A stretch of DNA of 57,827 bases from Rotaria socialis (Eukaryota), in assembly GCA_905331295.1 (NCBI GenBank), contig CAJNYD010000066.1:1-57827 (forward strand). The letters run 5' to 3'. Numbering within the stretch: the stretch's first letter is position 1; each line of letters opens with the position of its first letter. The notes beneath the pieces were generated by a model that was not told the DNA's origin, did no database searches, and saw nothing but the letters and a program-made list of their open reading frames with translations. Below, piece by piece: positions 1 to 14,443 of the stretch. Both the position numbers and the translations under genes were made by a program.

Positions 1-5
1 CAAAA

Positions 6-728
6 GTGAAAATGATAGACTTTATTTTAGAGAAAGCGAGAGCGAATGATGCAACCAATGGGTCATCAATGAATTCTCTAAACTCAAGCAAACAATGTTT
101 GTTGATACCAGATGAGAGTACGTTGCCACGGCTCGTCGCTGCACACCTCGATTTGCCGATATCACAAAGGCTTCTAAATCAAAATTTCAAACTGTCAATT
201 ATCAAAAGATGTTGGGATGATCAGCTTCGATTAAAACGTAAATAGACAACGTCTCTTGCTATTTTCATTGAAATTAAAATTAGTTCATCTTATTCATCTA
301 TTACAGATGATGATTTTGCGAGTGATATTGATCTATTAATGGCTTGTGTAATTCTTCAAAAACAAATAAAACATATAGGTGGTAAGAAAGAAAACACAGT
401 CGGATGCAGTAATAGAGAAGACACAGGTAATTGATGAAGTACCAAAATAAATGAAGATATTTGCATGGGTACTATTTTAGAAGCTTTTAATCGCGGAGAA
501 TTGGCACCACAACAATTGATAAACACTTTGCCAACTGCGAGCAGACTTGAAATGCACTCTTCTTCATCGGCGGCAAACATAGAGGAAATCTACATTGAAA
601 CATCTGAAATTATGAGCTGTGATGACATTGATAATATAGACTCAGCTTTGAAAGAAATTTCTGAAATCATTAAAAGAAATTCTGCATCAATGCATAATCC
701 CTGTGTGATACGATTAACGAGTAACTAA
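6..728 (+). CDS. 3' part of an IAP/BIRC-like gene (UBA-like region, then a truncated RING); 5' end lies outside the window
   Basis: Exons ~6-237, 307-426 and 481-728 join in frame through GT-AG introns: ...SQRLLNQNFKLSIIKRCWDDQLRLK|HDDFASDIDLLMACVILQKQ...|EAFNRG...NPCVIRLTSN*. This resembles the UBA-linker-RING end of IAPs. Read-through after the stop gives RING-like remnants (QICR). Family call is from recall. Confidence 0.55.
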
Positions 729-2001
729 CTTGGTCTAGCTCGCACACTATATATGATATGTTTTGTCAAATAGCATTCATTCCAGATATGTAGATCCATG
801 TTTTTCGGTGTATTAGGATTTTTATATGTGAGCTGGTGACTTTTACCAACGACTCATCAATAGATATTCTATTGTATGAAGAGAGTGATGTTTTATCTAT
901 AATAAATTTTATAGTAGCTTTATATTCGACTTTATTCGAAAAGTTTTGAAATAAATCATAATTACGACGCAACAGATTTATTTTGATAATGATTGATGTC
1001 ATATTGAAATTTCAATTGGTTTCCAAATGGAAACAACAACAACAATTTACGAAGAACTTACATATAATATCCAAAGTTAACACTGTAAAATCTTGAGTAA
1101 TTTCATGATAGATCAAGCGTTTGCAGAGATGCAAACCAAATTTTAATTATCATTATCAATCGGATTTTACACTTTCGAAACTTATCAATATAACTATGTT
1201 GCGATTATTAAGAAAGATTCACATTCTTCAAATAGTCATCTGACAGCTACAACTTCTCTTTGTCTTCCATGATACAATGAAATAAATTATCTATAACAGT
1301 GTGAACGTTGAAAAACTTCTATCACATGGGACTTCTCATTAAATCAACAATTAATAAGAGCAAAACACAATAAGAATTAGAAATCAACATTTAACATAGA
1401 TTATAATGATTTTTTTCGATTAAATCACAGATGACACCATAATGCATGAATTCACTATCGACAACTAACTGTAAGTTAGATTAGTAAGAGTGATTCAATA
1501 GGAGCTACTCTATAAATTAAGTTTAACTAAAAAGATCAACATCTGCAACTCTTTGATTTTTTTTCTTTTTTAGGATAGATGAAACTCTAGAAATAATAAT
1601 GGTGCGTATCTTGAATACCTGATAAAGTAGAATACATCTATCTATTTAATTCTTATTCAAGATTATTCACACTCTTGATGTAAAACGCTTACTTATCACA
1701 TTTTTTGTTTTCAATAAATTTTTAGTCAGACAATAAATTCATCATTGTTAACATAGATGTCTAGCCATGATAGACAAAATTGATTTGCATAATTTTCGCC
1801 TACTCTAATTGCTAATTTTTGTTTTTATTTTTATGCTATTGAATGCAAAAATTTTATATCATTCAATTATGATCACATATCAACCCGGTACGATATTTCT
1901 TATCTCTTCTATGTTAACATATGGTCATACTCTCAGAAGTGACAACGAATGGAAATATTTAAAAAAAAGATTATTAATGACAAGAAGAAGAAGATCGTAA
2001 A

Positions 2002-2837
2002 ATGAAGACGCTTTTCGTATTACTTGTATTGGTTTCTTCTACATCGGCCTATATCGAAGAGAGTGCTTTAGCTGCTTTGCAAACTGTTGGTAAAATATTT
2101 TCAACATTTTCTCTATTGAATGAATAATTTAAAATTTTTCAGATCATTGGAATATATTTCGCATTATCATATCAGACAATACGGAAGAATGCTTTTATCT
2201 CCCAGTCAAATTGAATGATACAATTCATGTCATTTATCAAGTACTTAAAGGTGGCAATTCTGTTATGCGAGCGATAATAACTGATCCGTTAAACACTATA
2301 ATATATTCTCAACCTAATCATCAGTTCGGTTGGTACAATCAAGACTATGTAGTAATTCCAGGTAAGGAAAATCGATTGTTTTTCATTTCATAAGCACGTT
2401 TTCTGTTTCAGGTGTTTATCGAATGTGTTTCAAAAATGAAGAATATTTTGCAGCCAAAACTCTTTATTTAGCTGTTCTTGCAGTTCATCAAGATTTTATT
2501 AGCGAAGCTAGTGTAGACGTAGCTGATGAAAAAAAAGCGAATGCAACTTCTTTCTTAGACGAATTTTCCACGAGTGTTATGGTAAACCTGGTTGACTTGA
2601 TATTATGATATTTATCAGTTTTGTTTTTTATTCTGTTAGAGTTCACTAAATAATATTTCAGGTAGACTCTATCGTCTTTCTGCTTACCAAACAGTAGCAC
2701 GAGTCCAACATCTACATGATATGTACGCAGTCGAAGCGAATGCAAGTTATGTTCAATATTGGGCTATATGGCAAATCATAACAATGATTGTATGTTCAGC
2801 AACTCAAGTTTATAGCATACGACGATTATTTAAATAA
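2002..2837 (+). CDS. p24/TMED (emp24/gp25L) GOLD-domain cargo receptor, 4 exons
   Basis: Signal peptide MKTLFVLLVLVSSTSA; GOLD motifs EECFY, YQVLKGG, ITDP and GVYRMCFKN; C-terminal TM VQYWAIWQIITMIVCSATQVYSIRRLFK*. Introns ~2090-2142, 2362-2410 and 2582-2639. Confidence 0.88.
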
Positions 2838-4374
2838 GCGCTATTCAATAAGTGTCACCAAAATTTCCATCTATGAACACGATTAGATTTTCTTATAGTT
2901 AATTAATTGTTTTTTTGTTTCTTAGAAAATAAATGACTATCAAAAGAAAAGTATTCGCTTTATTCCGTAGAATAGATTGCTGAGCACTTCGGTCTATTTC
3001 ATCATCGTTATTATTTTTTGCACTTTGACTGCATACATACTAAATACGCACGTACTCATAATTCGATATATGTTTCTTTTTCGAAAAGCGTGATGAAGAT
3101 CAGGCGCTTGTTCGTATCTTTGATGATGCACTATACCAATGGCATTCAGAGAAATAAAAAAGAAGGCATAAAACAAAAAGAAAAAAGTATAGCAGCATTT
3201 TTTGATATCATGCTCTTGTGTTCTGAAACAAACACAAAGAATAATATTGGCCAGGGGTGGGGCCTCATCCATTGCACAAGAAAAAAGAAGATAGCAAATG
3301 ACAGCACGCATAATACAGCTACATATCAGCATTTGCACTTATTATTTCGTGCTGCTTTCAAATTTTCATGGCACGTACACTCCCATGATTCTCTATCTTA
3401 TACATTTTATACTGTAATAGAATTAATTTTTCGACACCAAAAAGAAAGCCTTCACTGTTCTTTTCGTCTGATCGATAGGCAACACGCTTTCGACCGACAA
3501 AAAAAAGTTAGGTAAGCGAAATGTTTAGAGTCAGCTTTTGAAAATGTATTTTATATTTGACTAAAGCGAACTCAGTTATGTTCCTCGTTTTTTCTTTTTC
3601 TTAAGCCGGAAGAGATACATTAATTAGTTGCCAATGGCTTTAACAGTAGTGTCCGTAATTGATTGAGTACATAACTCAACACGATGAACACATATGATTG
3701 ATCGATCGAGTTAAAATGAGCATTCGACATTTTTCTCTATGATAATATCTTCATCATTCGGATGCATCGTCAATTTTTAAACAAAAAATTAAATGCACTT
3801 GATGAGCTTCATGCTGATTATAAACTGGAATGTTGGTTGTACAAGACTGAGTAAAGAAAGAATGCAGAAAAGAACAGAAGAATGATGGAAAAAAAACAAA
3901 TGCCTCATTTCATGTTTCGTCTTCGAATAACTTCACACAAACCAAGCGTATATATATATATGTTCTTCTATCCGATAAGCAAATATCATTCGACGTCTTT
4001 CTCGTGGAAGATTTTTCTAAATATCATATTGCATATTGTGTCTTACAGAAATTAAAAAAATTGCTTTTCCTTTTCAACATGTTTATATTTCATCATCGTC
4101 AGTGGTGATATCGCCATTTCATTTTTTATTATTATTATATCTATCCATATTTATGTCGTTACTGTTTTATTTTGTTTATATTTAGTTGTTTGATTCATAT
4201 TATCTTGTCAAATGAAAGCTTCGAAAGAATTTTGATTGCAATCAAAATTCCTAGTCACTCATGCGTCCTCGTTTTCGTGATGATGATGATGAATATATAT
4301 TCTGCTATTTTAACAAAATCTAACCAACAACAGCAGCTGAGCAGTTGTTTTTATCGAATGAACACATCAGTGAA

Positions 4375-5833
4375 ATGTTTACCGAATCATTGTTGAATCG
4401 AATTAGCATTCGGCAAAATTCTCCATTCAAGCTTTCCATTCTTTGTTTTATTATTATCATTCATTTGTTTTGTTCATCTCATTCCGCTACCATTCCGACA
4501 TACAATTATTTATCTTCTTCTAATCAATTTGAATTAATGTCGAATAGTTCATATCGTAATTTTATACTAAGACAATATTTTATTGATTTACTGAACATAT
4601 CGCATACGTCTCTTGTTCGCTCAATGGTTTACAGTCATCATATAACCAGTAGATCCATACAAGGTAAGAAATCGTAGATCAAATACGCTCAAGGAGAGAA
4701 AAAAGAGGGCTAGCTCAAAGCTATAAAAACTTAGCGGGCGCGCGCGCGCGAGAGAGAGAGAGAGAGAAAGGACAACGAGTTAAACAATATTTCTAACTGA
4801 ATACCTCTCTATGAAACAAAGTTCCATTTAGTCATATTCGAGCCTTTGAATCATGTTTTAATTTTTCTTAATATTTTGTAAAAACAAAATAAATCTTAAA
4901 TCAATCGTTGATAAGTAGAATAAACATCATCAAGAATATATAGCTCATAAGAAAAAAAGACTTGTTTTTTTTTGTATTAAATTTCTCATTAAATTTTATT
5001 GTATAGTTAAAAATACAAGAAGAAAACGTTCAAATGATGATACATCATCATCATCATACAGTCCTATGTTTACTTTACAATCAAGTAATTGTTTTGCTGT
5101 TGATAAACAAGTTCAATCAACATTTATCTGGTCTCATTCCATCGAATATTTAACAACCATTGAACTTATCTATCATATTGATACAGCAGAGATAAGTCGA
5201 TTTTCAATTCCGGTACAAATACGATTTAAACACTCGCAAACTTCGAAAGAATTTTTCACAATAAATACTTATCTACAATTTGATTCTGATCGAGACTTTT
5301 ATGTTGTTAATATTTATCAATATATAGTTCAAATAAATAATCAAAGTTTAATTATTGAATCACTGATAAATAATCAAACATGTCAAACATCAAGTACATA
5401 TATAATAATATCGTCGGCCACCACTATTCGATCAAAATCGAATCAAGCATTAAAATCCAATTCTAAATTTTCATTGGATACTTATCAACTAAAGGAAACA
5501 CAAACTGATAAATCATCATCGCTGTGTAAATTAAAAACAGTTCAAATTAAATTTGAAGATCTTGGCTTAGCTTATTTAATTATTCGACCAAAAGAATATA
5601 AATTTACCTATTGTGGTGGCTCTTGTTCCTATTCAACACTGCAACAGCAATCGCAAACATCAATGCACGCACTTTTAAAATCCATTCTCAATAGAAAAAT
5701 AACTAATATTCCACAAACTACATGTGTACCATCAAAATTTGCTGACGACAATTTTCTTCTTCGACAAATGGATGGTAGCCTTGAAATTCATCCTATTAAA
5801 GATATAATTGTCAAACAATGTGCTTGCCTGTGA
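4375..5833 (+). CDS. TGF-beta superfamily ligand precursor (divergent), 2 exons
   Basis: Exon 1 (4375-4663) has a hydrophobic signal segment. Exon 2 (5007-5833) is in frame, contains RRKR, and ends in a cystine knot: CKLKTVQIKFEDLG..IIRPKEY..YCGGSC...TCVP...IKDIIVKQCACL*. Confidence 0.9.
4738..4766. repeat. Compound (CG)n(AG)n microsatellite in the TGF-beta intron
   Basis: gcgcgcgcgcgcg followed directly by (ag)8. Confidence 0.9.
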
Positions 5834-6455
5834 TTTGCAATTTGTTTCTTTGTCATTTAGGCTATCAGAAAAAAAAAACAGAACGTTCAACGACAAATTT
5901 TCTCTTTTTTTCTTCTATTATTATTATTATTGCGATTAAAACTGTGAGAAAAAAAGGCCAAAATAATAATAATAAGACGTCAAACAAAAGTTTTTATTCT
6001 GTTAATTATCAAAATATTTAAAGCTTACAATAAAAGATGGTTGTTGAATTTATAGGCAAAAATTATTTAAAAGAACTAATTATTTATGAGAATGGGTGTG
6101 ACTAGAGTATCGAACGTTCGCACGATTTGACTTAGAATTTCCTTCTTGATTATATTTAATCATGCTCGAAAAAATAGATACTATTTTTTACTAATGAATG
6201 GTATTTGAATTCTATCATAATTAATACACACAGATAATAGAAGATTTTAAATCTTAAATTAATCTATGTTTTGTTTCCTGATGAACGAATAACTCGAAAT
6301 AAACATTGGATACATTTGAACGAAAGAAAAAAAAAATTATAATATATATATATATATACATATACATAGACGTCTTCATGCTTGTAAATACACAATAGAA
6401 AGAAAGAACAAGGAGAAAAAACGAAGTTCGACACAATAGTAGATATCTGCTTGAT

Positions 6456-9400
6456 TTAAACTTCACTCGAACCTTGTACATAATCCCAATCGACATTTAA
6501 ATGATCGCGTTTAAAAAATAATTTAAATTTATCGATACTATCCGTTTCTCGCTCTAATTGCCATAACAATTGGCATGCACAAACAGTATCAGGGTTTTTG
6601 GTTGGGTTTTGAATTGAATGTATTCCAACAGCGTCATTTGTCCATAGACTGGATGATTCACTTTCAATATCATTTGTTGAATCAGAATTACTCTTTTTAC
6701 GTTTACTTCGACCACGTTGTCGAAGAACATCATTAGGTCCGAGAGAATTCACATTGTTCGGTTGAGTTATTGCATAAACACAGTCAGGAAAATGTGCGAC
6801 TGGCTGTTGTTGTTGTTTTTGTTCAATCATCGATTCTTTTTCATCATGATCAAGATCATTAATAATAGCTGAAGCTGCTAAAGAGCTTGCGGATAGTACC
6901 GGTGTCGGAGCTGGTGGTGAAGGAATAGATGTTAAATCTATCGCTAGTACGTCTGTGATATTATTTGATGTTTTCTGATTTAAAATATCTGTACGGTAAC
7001 ATAAATCGTCTGTGCTGGCTGTTGCTATTTCTAGTTGTGGTGCATTCGACAAACGCCGATGGTGATGATGATGATGTGTCCATTGATCTGGATACGCCGA
7101 GAGAGAACGTGATGGACGACGATCACTACCAGGAAAATCGTTTGTACGTAGTGATGATGCAGTTGAATTAATAAATTCAGCTTTTAATCGTAGTGTATTA
7201 CCAAAACGAATACGATGTAAAACTGATTTACGAAATAATGATGAACCTTCACTATAACGATAAGATGACATGTCACTTTTAGATGTTGTCGATGAACCGA
7301 AATGACAACGAATATCTTTATTTGTTGCAAACGCACTGAAAAGAAAAAAATAGTAGAACATTTTTAAGAGATAAAGAAAAGAGAATTGATCAATGTAGAA
7401 ATTTTACCTTCGTTGATTTTTTTCTGGTTTAAATATAATTAAGTAAAGTTTTGGAAAAAACAGAAATATGAGTACAACATAAGCACTTGCATTGGTTGCA
7501 ACACATAATGAAAACACTTTAACCTCAATAGCAAAATATACGGCTGCAAATGCTAACCATATAACACATGTTGTATACATTGAAAAGCCAATAAATTTCG
7601 CTTCTATTAATATTAAAAAGAAAAATTCATGAGCAACAAAAATGATATTAAACTATTTCTCTCATAAAAAATTATATGACTGTCAAATAATTCTCTTTGT
7701 TTCTCTTTTCATACAGAGAATTTTATTAGTGATTTTCACCAAATGACTTACCATTGAAATTTTCTGGTAGATTTCTTGTTTTGATCTGTAAAAAAGAAGT
7801 CGTTTTAGAATCAAATAACTAATACATAGCTAAAATACTACATACAGCGTAAAGTGTACATAAAAAAACGAGAAGACCATCAAAACCAAGGGGAGCTACA
7901 ATGCCTTGCAGTGATTTTTTACCTAATAGTAAAGGTCAATTAAATTTCAAAACACTAATCATCTCAAAGAACCCAAATTCGCTTACATGTAAGTAATAAA
8001 CGTCCACCTGTTTCAATTAAAACAGCTTTTGGCGGATCTCGATAAACAGTCACACCTAAAAATATATGCACACGAGAAAGAAAACCGTCATTTTTATTCA
8101 TCGAAAACATTGCTTACCAACAATCGTGACTTCCGTGACAAGTATAAAACAAGCAATGGCAAGTTGATGTCTTGCACTCATGAATTTTAAGCGTCGTGTT
8201 ATTATTTTCTTTTTACTACGTGCTAATATACGCGCTATACGATTCGTTTTTGTTACCAATGAGCCGTATATCATCGAAAATGATATACCAGGTAATAAAC
8301 GTGTTAATACGCATATTATAAAGGATGGCTTTTGTAAAATAACAAATGCTGTCAAATGACAAAATAAAATACCCATTAATATTAAATAACTTAATTCTCT
8401 TGTGGTCGATTTAACAACTGGTGTTGCATTGAAGCGCATGAATATATAAAGAACAAAAAAACTTATCAGGATACCAATAGCAGCCACCAAACAGATTATA
8501 ATTGATAATGGGTGATGAAAATTTATTGTTGTAATTGGTAGAAGACCACACGCTACATTTAACAAGAAGAAAAATGAAAAATTCGGTATCAAAACAGAGT
8601 AAATCAATTGTCGACTAATAAAAGAACAAGAATTGCATAGATCTACGAACCAGTATGGTCTTCATTAGGCCAAAATCCAGCAGGACAAGTAAAACATGTT
8701 GTTTCATCAAGTACAATAGCATCACCACATGAATGACATTTCCAACAGCATTTTTCATCATCGGTATATTTCTGAAATGAAATAAAATTTGTTACAATTA
8801 ATCTACGGAACATGAACAATAATAACCTTAACAAAACCACTTTTACAAGATTCACTACAAAAACGGCGAACATTCAGTTTTTCCAATGGACGTTGATCAG
8901 AAAAAAATCGTATTATTGATGTATTTAAATTTAATTTTCCTGTACTCCACGTTCCAACTTGAACATAATGAAGACTATGATCGAATGTATCTGCATTTCC
9001 TTGTAGATTTAGGACATCATATCTTATATAAACAAAAATAAATGATAAAAATTAATAATTTTCTTCTTCTTTCTCTTTTTGTCCTACCTTCCAGGTCCAT
9101 CACCATTTTCATCAAAAAAGACTTCTTCGCCTAATATTAAAAAACAGAAAATATTTTCTAGTTATTCTAATCTATCCTATTTCTGATTTCTACCAGTTAT
9201 TCCTGTAAATCGGCTGCTTTTTAAAAAATGCATTAATAACGATGAATTCATACGAGTCATATCAGCACACAGACCACTCGTTCCATTGCAAACTTGCTTA
9301 TGCATTTTATCTAGACCATGTACAACAGCTAATATTGAATTGATTACAAATGCAAGTTTCGGATCTTCATTATAAGGTACTTTCTTAAGACTTTCATGTT

Positions 9401-11516
9401 CGGGTACACATGTACGAGAATATTTATTCAATCGTCGAGTATTATTATTACTATCATCGTAACCAATTAATGCACACGCAAATTTCTGTTGCCAATATTC
9501 ACGAAACCAAACATTTCGTGTATTATTGTGTACATGTAAATTACGAAAATATTGTTCAAAGCCAGGTACACGCAATGAACGAGCTTTAATCTTTAGAGAA
9601 ACATATGCATTTCATAATAGATCTGTTTAGAAAAAGATTATCGATCTTACGGTAATGGCGCCTAGTGCTACAGGTTCAGTATTGTTTGGTATTACATTAA
9701 GACGATCTGCCCAAGCATCACTAAAACGATCAATAGAAATAAGATAGTGTCATAAGATAAATTAAGAGATGTCAAAAGTGATCCCATTTCAACTTAATTA
9801 ATGTAACGATCATAAACAAAAATTTGAGAGACTCGAGTTCGAAAAAAACTCTCGACAATAATTCAATTACCTGGCAACAATAACAAATCGTTGTGTATAA
9901 TTTAATTCCTTGACTGCTTGTAAAATGGCTCGAATAGAATGGTCAAGACAAAAACATACAAGTACTTGTACATGAGGTGCACGTGCAGCAAGCTGTGAAA
10001 TTAGGTGAACAGCAACTGTTATATTTGCACCGATGGGCTAGCAAAAATAAAGAACGAGTGAAATATTAAAAATAAATATTAGCCTCATTTACCATAGTTA
10101 AATCTGCACCAATACATGCATCTTTATTAAGTAGACGACGGATAGCTTCTACACCACCACGACCATAATCACCTATTCGAATTAAAATTATTTGTAACAA
10201 CAAAAGAATATTGCTATGCGTTTTAGTTTTCTATGCTTTACCTTCAGTGCCAATTGTAGCAACGTAACTCCATTGAAATTGCCGAATAATGTCAACGATT
10301 GCTTGTGCTTGCTGAGTATCTGATGCGATAACACGTGTAAAATATTTGTATTTTTCTTTATCACTCAATTGTTTTGCTGTAGCTGAATAACCGATTTGTG
10401 GCATTTCAAATAATTGTAATATATTATGTGTTTGCATCGTAATCGAACTGTCACCAGGACCAATAATAGCAGCTAATTGAGCTCGATTTCCATTAGAGTT
10501 TGCCGATAAATCTGCTGCAGTTAATACTGAATTACCAATAAATTCAATAGTTTGTTCAAGAGCAACAGGCGCATACCAACACGAATCACGAATTTGATAT
10601 CCAATATTAACATTGGGTAATATCGCTTGATTTGCATTGACTATGGAAACAAAAATAGAATTATCAATTAAAAAAGCAAAAATTTATTTTCTACTTTGAT
10701 CAAGAATCCAGAATGTGCCTTCTACTCGATGAATACCATAGTCTTCACGAATATCACCACTAAAAATATTCAATATTATCTTCTTCTTTTTGTTTTCTTC
10801 AAATGATCAATAGTTACCATTCTCGTAAACGGCCACCCCCATGTGATGCTGGAGGATTATGCAATGAAAAGAAAGCGCCAATTGCGATTTGAGTTTCAGA
10901 TGCAGGTGAAATAGCTAGAAAATGAAAATGTTTAATAAGTTGTTTCTTTTTAAGACATCTAAATAGGATTTTGAATATTTTATCTTGTTTTGAAAATTTT
11001 CAAGAGTACATTTAAATATTCAAATCTTATGGGATTAAACTTATATCTAACTGTTTTCATTTTGCTAATTAATGACAATCAAATCGATCCCCTAGTTTCT
11101 TCGATCTAAATACCATAGAGTCGTTTGTTTTTACATAACATATTGTATTCAGATTATTAATATGAATTTCGGGATATACTAATTTAGTTAAATTCAAAAT
11201 TACAGAAAAACAATATGGTCTCTTGAGATCTGTAGCATAGTCAATAAAATTCTCTATGGATATTTAAAGATTTTGAACGTCATAATTCCTAAGTACTGCC
11301 GTGTTTTCATGATTCTATTCTCAAAATAGGAAAACGATCGCATATACACCTTGAACATTGGTGATATTGTAAAAGAAATATACCTGATAAACGATTAAAA
11401 TAACACATAGCAAAATGAGAATGCGGGATAGTAGCAAATAGCCACACGATGACAAAAACGAGGATCAAAAGACGTTTGGTTCCGTACTGAGACAGTATAT
11501 AAAGTTGCTCGAACAT
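6456..11516 (-). CDS. Metabotropic glutamate receptor, group I (mGluR1/5-like), multi-exon
   Basis: Putative signal exon from ATG 11516. Venus flytrap motifs IREDYGIHRVE, DSCWYAPVALEQTIEF, GPGDSSI, PQIGYSAT and DPKLAFV; Cys-rich domain CCWKC; 7TM motifs TPVVKSTTRELSY, KTNRIARILARSKKKI and [22 protein letters not shown]. C-tail ends SSEV. Confidence 0.93.
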
Positions 11517-13702
11517 CGAGATGATAATAGAAATAACAGAGGACGACGGTAGCAAGGCAACAGATAAAAATATAATAGATCAAGAATAAAAGTTTCTATG
11601 ATGGCATGACGTAACGGGCACATCGATCTTGATGAAGTATATATAAATTCGAATGTAAACGTTGATAGAACATCAGGAGCCATTGCAAAACTGCATTGTT
11701 TTTTGTTTTTGTTGTTTTTTTTAATAACAAAAAAGAATAAAGCCTATAGAAGAAAATCAGAAAAATGAAACATTAGTAATAATCACAAGAAAAAGAACTT
11801 CTGTAGTAAGGACTGGCCAATTTATTTTCTAATCGGTACTAATCTATACTTGATCGTATACTCACTATTCAATAATCCGTGACATCAATGAAACCATAAT
11901 CCATCCTCGATATATAGTTCTGTTTTCATTCTTCTTTTTTGTTTTGTTTTATTCTTTGTATTCTTCTTTACCGCTCGTTCTTGCACTCTCGATTCTGTCT
12001 CGGTATGTGTATATCTCTATCTATCGATCTATCTTTTTATCTAAAACAGCAGATCACTATTACTAGTATTTTTTTTCGTCGCCGCTCTCGTCATAGTTCT
12101 CCTCATTGTCGTCGCGCAATCACGTCTATCAGGCGATGCACACTGGAATGATGCTCAATGATTACTGTTCAGGGTTACTGGTCTTCTTCGTATCTTCTTC
12201 TTTTATTTTTTTTTCTGCTTGTTCGCACGCAGACACGCTCGTCTTTTTTCCGCTCAGTCATCCTTAACTTCTATCTCTGATATATTGAGCGAAGGCGAAG
12301 AGACATTCCTGCAATCGAGTTAAGCAAGTCTTCGTTTCTCTTGCACTCTCTTTGTCACTAAATTTTTCTCTAAACAAGAACGAACATTCCAAGTTTTTAC
12401 AGAAGCCAGTAATATAATTGCAACAATTCACGCTAATTATGGATTCACAAAGATATATGACAAGATCATGATTTTTATGATTTTTTGCAAGCATCACAGC
12501 ACTTTGCAATAATAAAGCAGGATAAAGTGCAACCATTCCTTCAGAGCACAATTCAATATGTCGTATGATCAATACTAATTTGATCCGCTTGTTGTTTTAG
12601 CTGTTTTGTATCCGGCTAATTTACAGAATATATGTAGTATATAAACAGATAAATATATAAGGTTGTCAGTCCCATGTAATATTTGTTCACTCAATCAAGA
12701 CATCTGTTTTATTATTCGAGTAGAATAATCTGTTGGTGTTTTCCTTTTTTTCCCCTCTTTGTCTCCCTATTTTTATCTTTTCTCAAGGATAAAGACAAGA
12801 AAAAACGAGATTTGGTGAACGCAGCTCAATGTATGTTACACAAGCTAATTCTTTTTCGTCAATATTTTAGCTCGTTGCAGAACTCATGCAAGGCATGAAT
12901 GCCACCAATTTTTAGTAGCATCGCGTCAAAACACGAGTACCAATCCGCTTCTTCATATCTCATCGTTCAAGTCATAATTCCATATCCGGCTGTTGTTTGC
13001 AACGCGAAAGAATAAGTTTTTCTTTTCAATGATTACACGAACGTCGTTCAAGGCTTGAGTATTAAATCGTATTGCACTCATTATTGAAGGCATATTTTTT
13101 AATATAAAATCATCTAGAATAATATTTGTTTTTCAGTAACAATTTCCTATTTACTTGATTTTTATTTTATTCGCCAAGTCATATTGATTGTAAAGAGAGA
13201 CGAACAAATAGAAAGCCTCTTTGACACTGTCTATATGGTTAAATCTTGAACTTGCAAAATCTTACATGGTGTATGATAGATTCTTAATGATATCATTAAT
13301 TACCTTATCTGTACTTGGCAATGAGTACATGAGAAAATCAATTGATATAATAAGCCAGATTCGACAACAAAGTTGTTATTTACTATTGAAGAAGTCTTTA
13401 ATGTCAGAGTAAAAAATTGTAATTGATGTGACACCAATAGGGTAATGTTACTTTTCATGCCGTCGAACATCTTAGCAAAGTCCTAAATATAGCTTCGATT
13501 ATTCTATTGGTTGATTCGAGTTTATATCATATCTGTGAGTGCTTTTGTTTTTGCAGATTTCATGATTCTAAAGTTTTCCCTTATTCAAAGATTAAAAGTG
13601 GATTCAATTTTCAAGTTTGTTCATGGTACTATTTATAAAATGTCGAATATCCTCAGCGAAAACATGATCTATGCCATTCGTATACGTCTAGTGGATGTAG
13701 TT

Positions 13703-14232
13703 AACAAATAAATGTGGAAACTTCGAATTTCATCCGAGAGTTATGTGTACTGCAAAAAGTGCATGGAATATATGAATCATTCTAGAATGTCTGAAAACCA
13801 AAATTATCATGAGAAACTAGGCAATTTGATTTTTGGATGCAGTTTTTGTGCATGTTGAGACGTTTTCCAGGCGATGTTTCGTCAGAAAGCTACAATTTAG
13901 TTCAAAACTAATATCAGATTCGGAATCAGCGTTAAAAACTGAGTCGATCTATATATGTTGTGAATAATTCTGAGAAAAATTTGTTTTTTGAAAAAAATCC
14001 CTGTACCCCTCCCCAGGAAAGGTCTGGTCAAAAATGACATTTTTTTTCGATAACTCAACCATTTCTTGAGGGATCCTTCTCATCTTCGAACTCGACCGAG
14101 ATATTCATGAGATTGAACTGTGTGGAAAATTTCATCGCAATCTGACTCTCCTTTCGAAAGTTATCGTGCCTACGGACGGACAGACACACTGATCGATTCT
14201 AGAGTGTACTCACTTTTTGAGTACACAAAAAA
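13703..14232 (-). mobile_element. Non-autonomous Helentron-associated element (DINE-1/HINE-like)
   Basis: Subterminal inverted repeats gtgtactgcaaaaagtg (13745-13761) and cactttttgagtacac (14211-14226). 9-bp hairpin gtgtactca/tgagtacac at 14204-14226. (GTCY)-type microsatellite (gacggacagac on +). Related copy at 26801-27032. Confidence 0.75.
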
Positions 14233-14443
14233 GGATAGGTCTAATATTTCAAAACCGAAAATAATTATTTCTTTGTATTATCTATTTTCGAGAGAATTAA
14301 AGAAATTCATAATTGAGACATTTTTACTTATTATTCGAAAATTCTGTAAGACATTTTAATTTGCTCTGAGAAATTCCTCATTGCAAACTTCGATAAAGTA
14401 TTATGTTCGCCGTGTTCTTTTTTTTTGTTATTACCATTCCACA

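Noticed and set aside
2994..3515. Overlapping 114-aa and 165-aa ORFs between TMED and the TGF-beta gene
   Set aside because: No recognisable motifs, low-complexity composition and a non-ATG start for the longer one; likely chance ORFs.
6278..6300. CTGATGA...GAAA hammerhead-like core
   Set aside because: Stem II closing bases do not pair and stems I and III are not evident. No convincing hammerhead was seen near the putative retroelement ORF either.
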